DNA from: a virus
Length of the DNA: 64,000 nt
Virus record (IMG/VR): IMGVR_UViG_3300001041_000002
Coordinates: 1-64,000 of that record
Direction: 5' to 3' (one strand)
How positions within the stretch are numbered: the stretch's first letter is position 1; each line of letters opens with the position of its first letter. The notes below the pieces were generated by a model. It ran no database searches. It was not told the DNA's origin and was given only the letters and a program-made list of their open reading frames with translations. Below, piece after piece: positions 39,289-47,390 of the stretch. A program made the translations under genes and the position numbers.

Positions 39289-39936
39289 ATGAATAGAAAA
39301 CATAAAGTAATACTGCTTTCAGACAATAGAAATGCAAGATATAAAGACATTGTAACATCTCCTAGATACAAGAATAAAATACAGCTATTTGGGACATTTG
39401 AAAATAGTTATGAAAACGAATGTAAAACTCAACATCTTTACATTATTTCTGATAAAGAAATTAAAGAAGGTAATTGGTTTGTTTCAAGCAAAACAATACA
39501 TAAATGTACATACATTATTGAAGATACTAACGAAATAATGTGTAATATATGTGATGGAACTGGTTTTATTCAACTTGGAATAAAAACGAATAAATGTCAT
39601 AAAATTATAGCCTCGACCAACACCTCACTTAACCTTCCACAACTTTCTCAATCATTTATTACTAAATATATTGAAGAATATAACAAAAGTAATATTATTA
39701 CCGAAGTTATGGTTGAATATGATGAAGAACCAACTATTGATGGTGATTCTGACAAGTACGCCGAGTTACATATCAACTCTAAAGACAATACTATAATCAT
39801 TAAAGATGCCAAGACTAATTGGAGTAAAGACGAAATAATTGTTTTAATTAACAAGTTTGCAGAAAGATTTATGCCACACACAGACAAGGTGTTTGTTAAA
39901 GAAGCAATAAATAATTGGATTAATAGAAATACATAA
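39289..39936 (+). CDS. Conserved Bacteroidota-phage hypothetical protein
   Basis: 'QHLYIISDKEIKEG.W...KIIAST...LPQ.SQSFI.KY...VMVEY'; likely start at MNRK. Confidence 0.6.
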   Translation: MNRKHKVILLSDNRNARYKDIVTSPRYKNKIQLFGTFENSYENECKTQHLYIISDKEIKEGNWFVSSKTIHKCTYIIEDTNEIMCNICDGTGFIQLGIKTNKCHKIIASTNTSLNLPQLSQSFITKYIEEYNKSNIITEVMVEYDEEPTIDGDSDKYAELHINSKDNTIIIKDAKTNWSKDEIIVLINKFAERFMPHTDKVFVKEAINNWINRNT

Positions 39937-39939
39937 CAT

Positions 39940-40048
39940 AACTATCAGGAGCCTAGATTTTGAATTTTTACGGTTAGTTTTAGGTTTTTTAAGGTTTGTT
40001 CATAGATGTCAATAAGTACTTCATGTGTTTTATTGGCTCCTGGTAGTT
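39940..40048 (+). ncRNA. Stem-closed RNA with an 81-nt U-rich loop
   Basis: 14-bp AACTATCAGGAGCC/GGCTCCTGGTAGTT stem. Confidence 0.55.
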
Positions 40049-40060
40049 TTTAAAAACATA

Positions 40061-40232
40061 AGACATAAATATCTGCATAAGACTCAAATGCGAGTTGAAA
40101 GGAGTTGCATAATGATTAGAATTGATCACTATTTGAGGCTGCAAATTTTATGCGCAGAATCCTGCTCTAAGTTGCAAATTAACAGGTTGGCTTAAGTAAC
40201 CATCTAAAATTCTCGCTTAGATATTTATGTTT
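40061..40232 (+). ncRNA. Structured RNA, motif copy 1
   Basis: 14-bp terminal stem; GCAT-AAGACTCAA-ATGC hairpin; GGTT...AGTAACC hairpin. Confidence 0.55.
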
Positions 40233-40242
40233 TTAATAATAC

Positions 40243-40345
40243 AACAACTAATACTACTTAGTCTGTTTTTATTGAAGCTATCAATCTAAACTTAAAGTAC
40301 TGTCTGGTAACTCAGTGATCCTGTATAGTCAGACTATTAGTTGTT
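40243..40345 (+). ncRNA. Stem-closed RNA element
   Basis: AACAACTAA..TAGTCTG / CAGACTA-TTAGTTGTT. Confidence 0.45.
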
Positions 40346-40353
40346 TATAAGAT

Positions 40354-40470
40354 AATAACAATAACACTGTTTACGTATGGTTCGATTCCACGGGGCTCAA
40401 AATAGTGAAATAGTAATAAAGTAACTATAAAAGGGCAGCGCAATAGCTAAGAGGATAGCTTATTGTTATT
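40354..40470 (+). ncRNA. Stem-closed element containing a T-loop (tRNA-like fragment)
   Basis: AATAACAATAA/TTATTGTTATT stem; TGG-TTCGATT-CCA at 40378-40390. Confidence 0.45.
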
Positions 40471-40635
40471 TTTAAAGATAATAACGCTCGAAATCACGAG
40501 TGTTTCTGTAATAAAGATATAAACCGGTCAGCATCTAGTATGGATTTATCCAGAAGTTTCAATCCCGTCAGATATTGTATAAAAGCAGTTTTGGAGTGAT
40601 TAAATGACTTAATTTAACAATTAAAATAAAACATC

Positions 40636-40908
40636 ATGAGAGTAAATCAAGAATTAAGAATTCGTTGGAATCACAGTAGAAGTACTCGTGAAACAGTGTG
40701 TCAGATTTTAGATAACGATGATAATGTCGTTGCAGCCGGTATTGCAAGAGCGTTCGTTAAAGACCCATTTTGTAAGGCCAAAGGCAGAAATGCTTCATTA
40801 ACTAAAGCCTTAAAAGCTGAGAATGCTCATGGAGTAAAAAAGCTTAATAAAGAGGCCAGAACTCAGGTGTGGGCTGTTTGCCGTGAAAACCGTGTAAAAC
40901 TATACTAA
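40636..40908 (+). CDS. Conserved phage hypothetical protein
   Basis: 'T.C......G.A.....D.F.K.KGR..SL..AL' pattern. Confidence 0.65.
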   Translation: MRVNQELRIRWNHSRSTRETVCQILDNDDNVVAAGIARAFVKDPFCKAKGRNASLTKALKAENAHGVKKLNKEARTQVWAVCRENRVKLY

Positions 40909-41167
40909 TGTCACAGAGAATTCAAAACATATTATCAGCTCCAGCCAAGGTGCCAGTAATGATAAAGAAAGGTCGCAAAATGGTTCAGTTGACTAAGACT
41001 ACTAAGAGCGGTCAGGTTAAGAACGTGTGGGAAGATAACCCAGACAGTAAAATCGTTAAACAAGTTAAACATTGGAAAGTCTAATCATGTACACAAAAGA
41101 AGAATTAACTAAAATTATAGATGCCAGGATCAGAGATGATCAGAGTATTTTATACACAGAATAATTA

Positions 41168-41287
41168 AATAAATATAGCAAGTAGGATTAGACTCAAATC
41201 CAATACACATCGCTGCACAACAACACTGAAAAGTGGCGGATCGGTTGAGTAACCACCGTAAACCTATGTGTTCTTGCTATATTTATT
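41168..41287 (+). ncRNA. Structured RNA, motif copy 2
   Basis: 15-bp terminal stem; GGAT-TAGACTCAA-ATCC; ACACAT/ATGTGT; GGTT-GAGT-AACC. Confidence 0.6.
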
Positions 41288-41427
41288 AATATAAAATAAT
41301 TACAATTGCCAGAGAGTTGGAATGGCTGAAGCCCGCTAGTACCGAAACGGGGCTGTAACAATAGAGCTAGCTTGAGAGATTGAGCTAGCTTGTTTTAAAA
41401 ACATTAGCAAATTATAAAATAATAAAA

Positions 41428-41616
41428 ATGGGATCAAACAGTAACAGATCTTTCTCAAAAGAAGAGAAAATTGGATATTATGCCCAAAAAATTTCATCAA
41501 CAAGAGATACATCAAGCTCATCTTTTCAATTGTCTACTGGGGCTAAAATTCGTGGAGAAATGGGTGTTAAAAAAGGCAATGCATTCATAGCTGCAATAAA
41601 AAATGCAAGTAGATAA
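41428..41616 (+). CDS. Small basic protein
   Basis: 62-aa ORF with an A-rich leader. Confidence 0.5.
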   Translation: MGSNSNRSFSKEEKIGYYAQKISSTRDTSSSSFQLSTGAKIRGEMGVKKGNAFIAAIKNASR

Positions 41617-41648
41617 AACAATCATTAACAAATTATAAAACAAAACAA

Positions 41649-42128
41649 ATGAAAAAACTAATTATTGGGTTATTATTTCTCACAATATCTTAAGTAGGAT
41701 ATACAGAGAATAAAGTGGACGATGCAATTACCGCTGTAGATAACACTACAGAGATAGTGAATAAATCCACAAAAGAAGTGAATGCAACAGTTGTTTATTT
41801 CACAGAGAAGCTTGAAGAACTCGCTAAGTCACTAAAAGTGCCAGCAGAACATGTTTATCAAATATTAGTTAAACAACAAATAGTGCAAGCATATACATCA
41901 TTATTTGCTTTCTTTGGATTATTATTATTTTGTTTAATTATAACCTATTTTTTTATAAAAGCCGATGGATTTGAAGATGATTCTTTTATAAATATTAGTG
42001 GATTTATATTAATATTAATATCAGGGATATTGGTATTAACTTGTGGAGCCAATTTTATTTTTAATGGATTTAGCGGTATTATCAACCCAGAATATGGTGC
42101 TATTAAAGAGATAATGTCGTTGTTTTAA
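41649..42128 (+). pseudogene. Membrane protein whose signal peptide contains an in-frame TAA
   Basis: MKKLIIGLLFLTIS*VGYTENKVDD... is in frame with ORF 41715..42128 (two TM segments, 'INPEYGAIKEI'). Confidence 0.5.
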
Positions 42129-42136
42129 TAATAACA

Positions 42137-42327
42137 TAAAATACCCGATGAAGATAAACAATAGGGAAGATCGGTGAATTAACACCCATACGGCGGAGGA
42201 TACGAACAAACGCAACCTATAGTCATGCTAAGATGACGATGTTTATTGTAATACAGCCAAGGAGATAGTTAAAACTTCCCATTATTGTCAATTAAGCTGT
42301 TCCACTTAGAAATGGACGGGTATTTTA
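42137..42327 (+). ncRNA. Multi-stem ~190-nt RNA directly upstream of tRNA-Tyr
   Basis: TAAAATACCCG/CGGGTATTTTA; GGGAAG/CTTCCC; hairpins with complementary CTAAG and CTTAG loops. Confidence 0.55.
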
Positions 42328-42334
42328 AATAAAT

Positions 42335-42415
42335 GGATAGACTGGTAAGTGGGTGAAATCAGCAGACTGTAAATCTGTCGCTTCGGCTATGGGCGTTCAA
42401 ATCGCTCTCTATCCA
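42335..42415 (+). tRNA. tRNA-Tyr (GUA)
   Basis: GGATAGA/TCTATCC acceptor, GCAGA-CTGTAAA-TCTGT anticodon arm, long variable arm, GGGCG-TTCAAAT-CGCTC T-arm. Confidence 0.9.
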
Positions 42416-42438
42416 CAAATCAAATTTTATGTAATATA

Positions 42439-42855
42439 ATGATATTAAAAACGAAAAACCCAGCATATATGTGTTGGAAGATGATGAAAAATAGATGCTC
42501 TAATCCAAATGATCCAAAATTTAAAAACCATGGAGGCAGAGGAATAACTGTATGTAAAGAGTGGGTTGAATCATTTGATAGATTTATCCAAGACATAGGA
42601 GAAAGACCCGAAGGATATACTATAGACAGAATTGACAATAACTTAGGATATTGCAAGGAAAATTGTAAATGGTCATCATATACAGAACAAAACAATAATA
42701 AAAACAACAATATACGATTAACATATAACGGTGAATGTAAAACTGTTTCTGAGTGGGCAAAACACTTAAATATGAATGTACAAACACTATTTTGGAGGAT
42801 AAATAATAATAAAACGGTCTCTGAAATATTATTTAATCATACCCAGAAACAATAA
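42439..42855 (+). CDS. HNH-like homing endonuclease
   Basis: 'GGRGITVCKEW...TIDRIDNNLGY..ENCKW' followed by an HTH-like tail. Confidence 0.8.
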   Translation: MILKTKNPAYMCWKMMKNRCSNPNDPKFKNHGGRGITVCKEWVESFDRFIQDIGERPEGYTIDRIDNNLGYCKENCKWSSYTEQNNNKNNNIRLTYNGECKTVSEWAKHLNMNVQTLFWRINNNKTVSEILFNHTQKQ

Positions 42856-42879
42856 TAATATTAAAATATACAATTTTTG

Positions 42880-43152
42880 TTGACGCTTATCGAAAGACCG
42901 AGTGAGACTCGATGGCAGTAATCGACTCCTCCACTTACGCACACCAATTGAACGCTAACCGGTCGCGTTAGAACCGTTCGATGGCAACTATTGAGTTGTA
43001 AAATAAGGGGGAGAAATAGTATTGATCAGCGGAATGATTAAATAAGAAGAGAAAATTGTAGCTCTCAAAGGGCAAAACTGTTGAACTTTACCGTGAAGTT
43101 GCTATTGCAGCTTAATTAGGTACGTTTCCTAGGGTGTACGAAAACACCCTAA
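42880..43152 (+). ncRNA. ssrA: Circularly permuted (two-piece) tmRNA
   Basis: Acceptor piece GAC-TCGAT-GGCAGTA-ATCGA-CTCCTCCA (ends 42933) precedes the coding piece GGGGGAG...ATTGAT (starts 43007); G3-U70 pair; tag GKTVELYREVAIAA* at 43071-43115. Outer boundaries are approximate. Confidence 0.88.
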
Positions 43153-43170
43153 TCTTTGAATTCATATATT

Positions 43171-43557
43171 ATGAAATATACAGAATCCGAAATCAGTCTG
43201 ACTGTGCAAACAGAGGGCTGTCTTGCTTTACGAGGCAAGTACGAATCACACCCAAAACTTGATGATCAGGGTAATCCAGTGTTCTCAATTGAGCGTAATG
43301 CTAAAAATGAGATCGAAAGAAACCCAGTATTTCAAGTAAAAACAGTTCAATTACCCAAGTATCACAACTGTTCTATCGGAACCAAACTGAACAATCATTT
43401 TGTGCAGTGGGCTTTAAGCAATGAAAGTAAGCCGAAGACTTTGTCTGCCGGTTATTGGAATAAGATGTCTGATCGTCAGAGGCTACATTTTCACGTGACC
43501 AAATATGTGTCAGATTTGTATGGTGATGCAAAATTCAATTACACAATCTTGGAATAA
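43171..43557 (+). CDS. Hypothetical protein
   Basis: Likely start MKYTESEISL. Confidence 0.6.
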   Translation: MKYTESEISLTVQTEGCLALRGKYESHPKLDDQGNPVFSIERNAKNEIERNPVFQVKTVQLPKYHNCSIGTKLNNHFVQWALSNESKPKTLSAGYWNKMSDRQRLHFHVTKYVSDLYGDAKFNYTILE

Positions 43558-43558
43558 T

Positions 43559-43774
43559 ATGAATCGAATTTGGAAAACTAAGGTTGAAATTCAGGTTGAT
43601 AAAATTGTTTATCCAATAAACAGCCTTTTAATAGCAGAAGATGTTGAAGTTTTTTATTTATTACATAAAGATGATCAGCTCGAAGATGTAACTTATATTG
43701 ATCTTCAGGATTTTTCTGATGTAATGGATGAACTTGGTATTGACGGAATTGACTTAATCTATTCTAATGAATAA
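43559..43774 (+). CDS. Small acidic hypothetical protein
   Basis: Likely start MNRIWK within ORF 43505..43774. Confidence 0.5.
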   Translation: MNRIWKTKVEIQVDKIVYPINSLLIAEDVEVFYLLHKDDQLEDVTYIDLQDFSDVMDELGIDGIDLIYSNE

Positions 43775-44435
43775 AAATTACACTCATGATTTTAGCTCGG
43801 CTTCGATTAAACACTTAATTGAGGCTGAGTTTTATCAAAAAGCTGGGGAGATGCTTGGCAATGCTGCATCAACAGTCACAATAGTTACAGGGCCGGATTA
43901 TCAAAGACATCTTGACAATGTTAATAAATATATTAAATGTAATAAAACTCGTATTTGTGAGATTAATACTGATATATTTATACACATATATACAGGGTGT
44001 AAAGATAAACCTAAAGTATCTGTTGTTAATAATTCAGTTGAGTTGTATGGCTCCAGATTCATTGATTGTGATCTAACATGCACTTCTGATCTAGCAGTAA
44101 TTAGGAATACTTTGTTTAAACAAATTGATGTCCAAGCTGGATTTTCATGTGTAAATAAGGCTTTTATATTAAGCATTGGACTCAGGGGTTCTGAAAAAAT
44201 GAAATACACTGAAATATTTAATAATATAATTGGATTACTTGGTGCATCTATACAGTCGCCAACTCCGCTATCTCAAAAGCAAATCATTAAATGCGATTTT
44301 GCCAACACGAAAAGTCCTGTTTATCAAAATAGACTTAAATTTCAGATGCTTAAGGGTAGGATTAAAGAATATATTTGTTATTCTTATAATGCTGGAGGAG
44401 GCCCAATGTTAACATGTTTAATTATTTACAAATAA
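43767..44435 (+). CDS. Hypothetical protein, possible Rossmann-fold methyltransferase-like
   Basis: 'IVTGP...ICEIN...RFIDCDLTC' is only a loose match. Confidence 0.35.
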   Translation: MNKNYTHDFSSASIKHLIEAEFYQKAGEMLGNAASTVTIVTGPDYQRHLDNVNKYIKCNKTRICEINTDIFIHIYTGCKDKPKVSVVNNSVELYGSRFIDCDLTCTSDLAVIRNTLFKQIDVQAGFSCVNKAFILSIGLRGSEKMKYTEIFNNIIGLLGASIQSPTPLSQKQIIKCDFANTKSPVYQNRLKFQMLKGRIKEYICYSYNAGGGPMLTCLIIYK

Positions 44436-44438
44436 CAT

Positions 44439-44645
44439 ATGAGAACACGTAAATCACCAACAGTTATACAAGGACAGATAGTATGTGGTCAGAAAGTGAT
44501 TAATTTCATTAATAAACCACTACATATCGTTAGCCTTGAACTTATCAGAACAGTTATGCCAAATGTTGGTAAAGTTACTGTTCGCAAAGAAGAGGAAGTT
44601 ATCTATCACACAAGGGCTAGAAGGCCACAATTAGCAACAGTATGA
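44439..44645 (+). CDS. Hypothetical protein
   Basis: 68-aa ORF. Confidence 0.5.
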   Translation: MRTRKSPTVIQGQIVCGQKVINFINKPLHIVSLELIRTVMPNVGKVTVRKEEEVIYHTRARRPQLATV

Positions 44646-44956
44646 TAATACAAGTGTGTGGTCATTTAATTGAAACCAAGTACATTTATACAATATCTGA
44701 AGTTTATTCTGATACTGGTTATAATGCTATTATGGTTTATTTTGATGTAAAATTTCTTAATGACAAATCAACGCAAATATCAGTAGAAAAAGAAACTAAT
44801 AATGTATATTACTGCGAAGAATATCAACAAGAAAAAGCTTTGATGATCAAAGAAATGCAGAAGATTAGAGATTGGCTTATTTGTAAATGGAAAGCTAGTC
44901 AATTAGTAATACCTAAAATTGAATTTAATGAAAGCCAAACTACTAAAGAAATGTAG
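44642..44956 (+). CDS. Hypothetical protein
   Basis: 104-aa ORF, coupled to the previous gene. Confidence 0.55.
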   Translation: MIIQVCGHLIETKYIYTISEVYSDTGYNAIMVYFDVKFLNDKSTQISVEKETNNVYYCEEYQQEKALMIKEMQKIRDWLICKWKASQLVIPKIEFNESQTTKEM

Positions 44957-45179
44957 GTCGGTTATAGTTGTAATCAACATCTATGATCGACCTATTGAGC
45001 CTAATGATAAGAAGATAATGGTTGCGAGAAAGAATGGTAATAGTTGTGATAAATTCATTAACTCTTGGAGGGGAGTTTATTATACTCCAGAGACAGCTAT
45101 CGTTAAACGACGTAAGGAAATTCTTAATCTAGCTCATGAAATATCAAATAAATGGTGGTATAAATTATTAACAATATAA
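44928..45179 (+). CDS. Hypothetical protein
   Basis: Likely start MKAKLLKK. Confidence 0.5.
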   Translation: MKAKLLKKCRSVIVVINIYDRPIEPNDKKIMVARKNGNSCDKFINSWRGVYYTPETAIVKRRKEILNLAHEISNKWWYKLLTI

Positions 45180-45724
45180 TGAAAACAATTATAAACAACA
45201 AATTAATACGATCTTTTGGTTCATGTTATGACCCTAAATCAATTGGAATTCCGGATAGTGAATCATTATCAGTCAGAGAATGGATTGAAAAATATCGAAA
45301 TAAAGTTAAATCAAAAAATGACATTATTTGGCTAATCTGTAGAAATAATTTTCTATCAGATAGAGATTTAAGGTTATTTGCTGTATGGTGTGCCAGAGAA
45401 TCTTTTAAGCTTCAATCTAATGTCGATCCAAGAAGTATTAATGCAGTAAATGTTTCAGAACAGTTTGCAAACGGTAGTTCTACTAAAGAAGATTTACGGT
45501 CAGCAAAGTCAGCAGCAGAGTCAGCAGCAGAGTCAGCAGCATGGTCAGCAGCAGAGTCAGCAGCATGGTCAGCAGCAAAGTCAGCAGCAGAGTCAGCAGC
45601 ATGGTCAGCAGCATGGTCAGCAGCAGAGTCAGCAGCAAAGTCAGCAGCAAAGTCAGCAGCAGAGTCAGCAGCAGAGTCAGCAAGGTTAGCTCAAATAGAT
45701 AAACTTCTAACCTACTTTCTTTAA
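45179..45724 (+). CDS. Phage protein with SAA(E/W/K) helical repeats
   Basis: 'LRLFAVWCAR...DPRSINAV' domain followed by an Ala-rich repeat. Confidence 0.75.
   Translation: MKTIINNKLIRSFGSCYDPKSIGIPDSESLSVREWIEKYRNKVKSKNDIIWLICRNNFLSDRDLRLFAVWCARESFKLQSNVDPRSINAVNVSEQFANGSSTKEDLRSAKSAAESAAESAAWSAAESAAWSAAKSAAESAAWSAAWSAAESAAKSAAKSAAESAAESARLAQIDKLLTYFL
45499..45682 (+). repeat. 12-bp tandem repeat TCAGCAGCA(GAG/TGG/AAG), about 15 units
   Basis: Directly visible; encodes SAAE/SAAW/SAAK. Confidence 0.95.
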
Positions 45725-45948
45725 TGTACTTCACTAAAATAAAGAAAACCAAAGATCAACTTGAAGTGATGATAGGTATTCTAACTAAAGAATATGGTGC
45801 GGTTGATGATGATAAATTGTCAGAATTAATAGCTAAGTATTTTGAGGTAAATATAGAAGATGCTGAATCATCGCTTAAAGCCTATAGGGCATTAGCTGGA
45901 GAAGATTATGAACAACAATCTAAGAAAATAGAATATGCAGGATTATAA
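45724..45948 (+). CDS. Hypothetical protein
   Basis: 74-aa ORF. Confidence 0.55.
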   Translation: MYFTKIKKTKDQLEVMIGILTKEYGAVDDDKLSELIAKYFEVNIEDAESSLKAYRALAGEDYEQQSKKIEYAGL

Positions 45949-46840
45949 AATTGTAATACCAAGCGATATTATATCAAGGCAAGTTCAAGAAAAAGCTTTT
46001 ACGCTTGGATATAAATGGGCTTCCGATGACAATATTATTAGATACACAGAGAGGAGATGGCTGGTTATTGGCAATGCTTGGGGTATTTATGCTCCAGACG
46101 AGTCGGTATTTAATAATGCTCCTGGAACATTAATATCATACCAAGATTTCCTTGCAATTGGAGAAGAAATAAACCTTAATAACAACAATATGCCAGATCA
46201 AAACGAAATTGAATTAAAACTGATTAAACAGCCTAGAAGAGCTAAGAATTTAACAGTTGGTAACACCTATAAGGGAATTTTTGTTAATTCAGATGACAAT
46301 CAGGTTGATTCTTATGACGATGCAGAATATTTCCTTTGTACAAATAATAATGACAAAGAGGCTCGTTATGCCATTGAGCTTTTCGATAAACAAGATCTAC
46401 CGGCACCAGTAATAACATATGCAGAAGTAATTGGATCTCTTGAAGTTCAGGAAAATTGCGTTACAAGTGATATTATCAATGAAGATATTGTAAACCTTGG
46501 ATGGGAGAACTTAAATCAGTGTAACAGTCCAATTTCATGCGGAATAGATGAGATAGATTGTCTTGAAGATTTATATGCAGACCTACAAGGCCAAATTGCC
46601 GCCAGTGAATTTCCATTTGCATTTGACCGTGAAACATTTGTAAAAGATTTGTTTAAGGCAATAGTAGAAAAAGCTATTGATGAATGTAGTGCGGCTTTTG
46701 TACTATTATCAACCAAAACTTCAAGTAGAAATATCTGCAATTATGTCGATGAAATTACAGAATCTCGCGGTGGAGTATCTCGTAACAGAGTAAACCCAAA
46801 TTCTCACAACGAAATTTGCTTGTGGGTAATTGATAAGTAA
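45935..46840 (+). CDS. Multi-domain hypothetical protein
   Basis: 301 aa; C-terminal 'SCG...NPNSHNEICLW'. Confidence 0.6.
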   Translation: MQDYKIVIPSDIISRQVQEKAFTLGYKWASDDNIIRYTERRWLVIGNAWGIYAPDESVFNNAPGTLISYQDFLAIGEEINLNNNNMPDQNEIELKLIKQPRRAKNLTVGNTYKGIFVNSDDNQVDSYDDAEYFLCTNNNDKEARYAIELFDKQDLPAPVITYAEVIGSLEVQENCVTSDIINEDIVNLGWENLNQCNSPISCGIDEIDCLEDLYADLQGQIAASEFPFAFDRETFVKDLFKAIVEKAIDECSAAFVLLSTKTSSRNICNYVDEITESRGGVSRNRVNPNSHNEICLWVIDK

Positions 46841-46841
46841 T

Positions 46842-47390
46842 ATGCAGATAATTATTGACTTAGATAAGCTCAATAAAAACAAAATATCCATCAATGAATA
46901 TATAACACTACTATCAGTTTATTACAAGACTAAGGATATTCAAATTGACTATACAGATAGAAAATCTGACTACTTCACTCTTAGAGATAAGGGATTTCTT
47001 GAAATAAATGGTAGTAGTGTTATTTTAACACCTCAATCTATAACTCTATTAGAAGGCCGTGGACGTGATTATGTTCAATTAGCAATATCTATTAGAGAAT
47101 TATTTCCTAAAGGCTCTAAAGCCGGTAAATACCCATGGAAAGGCACAATAAAGTCTATCGTCGAGAAGCTTAAAAAACTTGATAAATCGCATGGGTTAAA
47201 CGACTTCTCTGACGAAGAAATTATTAGTGCTGTTGATAAATATATCAATAGGTTTTCGTTAGCTGATATGGATAGGGGAATGCAGATAGCACCGTTTTTT
47301 ATTGAAAAGGAAGGCAACAGTAGTCTTATGGCATGGTTGTCTATGGAAGAGCAGAGTTTTGAAACTAAAAGTATGGAGATAAAATTATGA
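46842..47390 (+). CDS. Putative replication initiation / helicase-loader-like protein
   Basis: wHTH-like N-terminus, 'IRELFPKG...IISAVDKYI'; upstream of the helicase. Confidence 0.4.
   Translation: MQIIIDLDKLNKNKISINEYITLLSVYYKTKDIQIDYTDRKSDYFTLRDKGFLEINGSSVILTPQSITLLEGRGRDYVQLAISIRELFPKGSKAGKYPWKGTIKSIVEKLKKLDKSHGLNDFSDEEIISAVDKYINRFSLADMDRGMQIAPFFIEKEGNSSLMAWLSMEEQSFETKSMEIKL

Noticed and set aside
39940-40470. CRISPR-like array
   Set aside because: The consecutive elements have different inverted-repeat ends and share no direct repeat; no cas genes.
38440-42440. Theta/HDV-like or hammerhead ribozymes next to the tRNAs
   Set aside because: No matching catalytic core consensus found by eye; a covariance search would be needed.
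45450-45752. Poly-Q ORF (45450..45689 +) and poly-L ORF (45483..45752 -)
   Set aside because: Alternative-frame readings of the 12-bp repeat inside the gene at 45179..45724.
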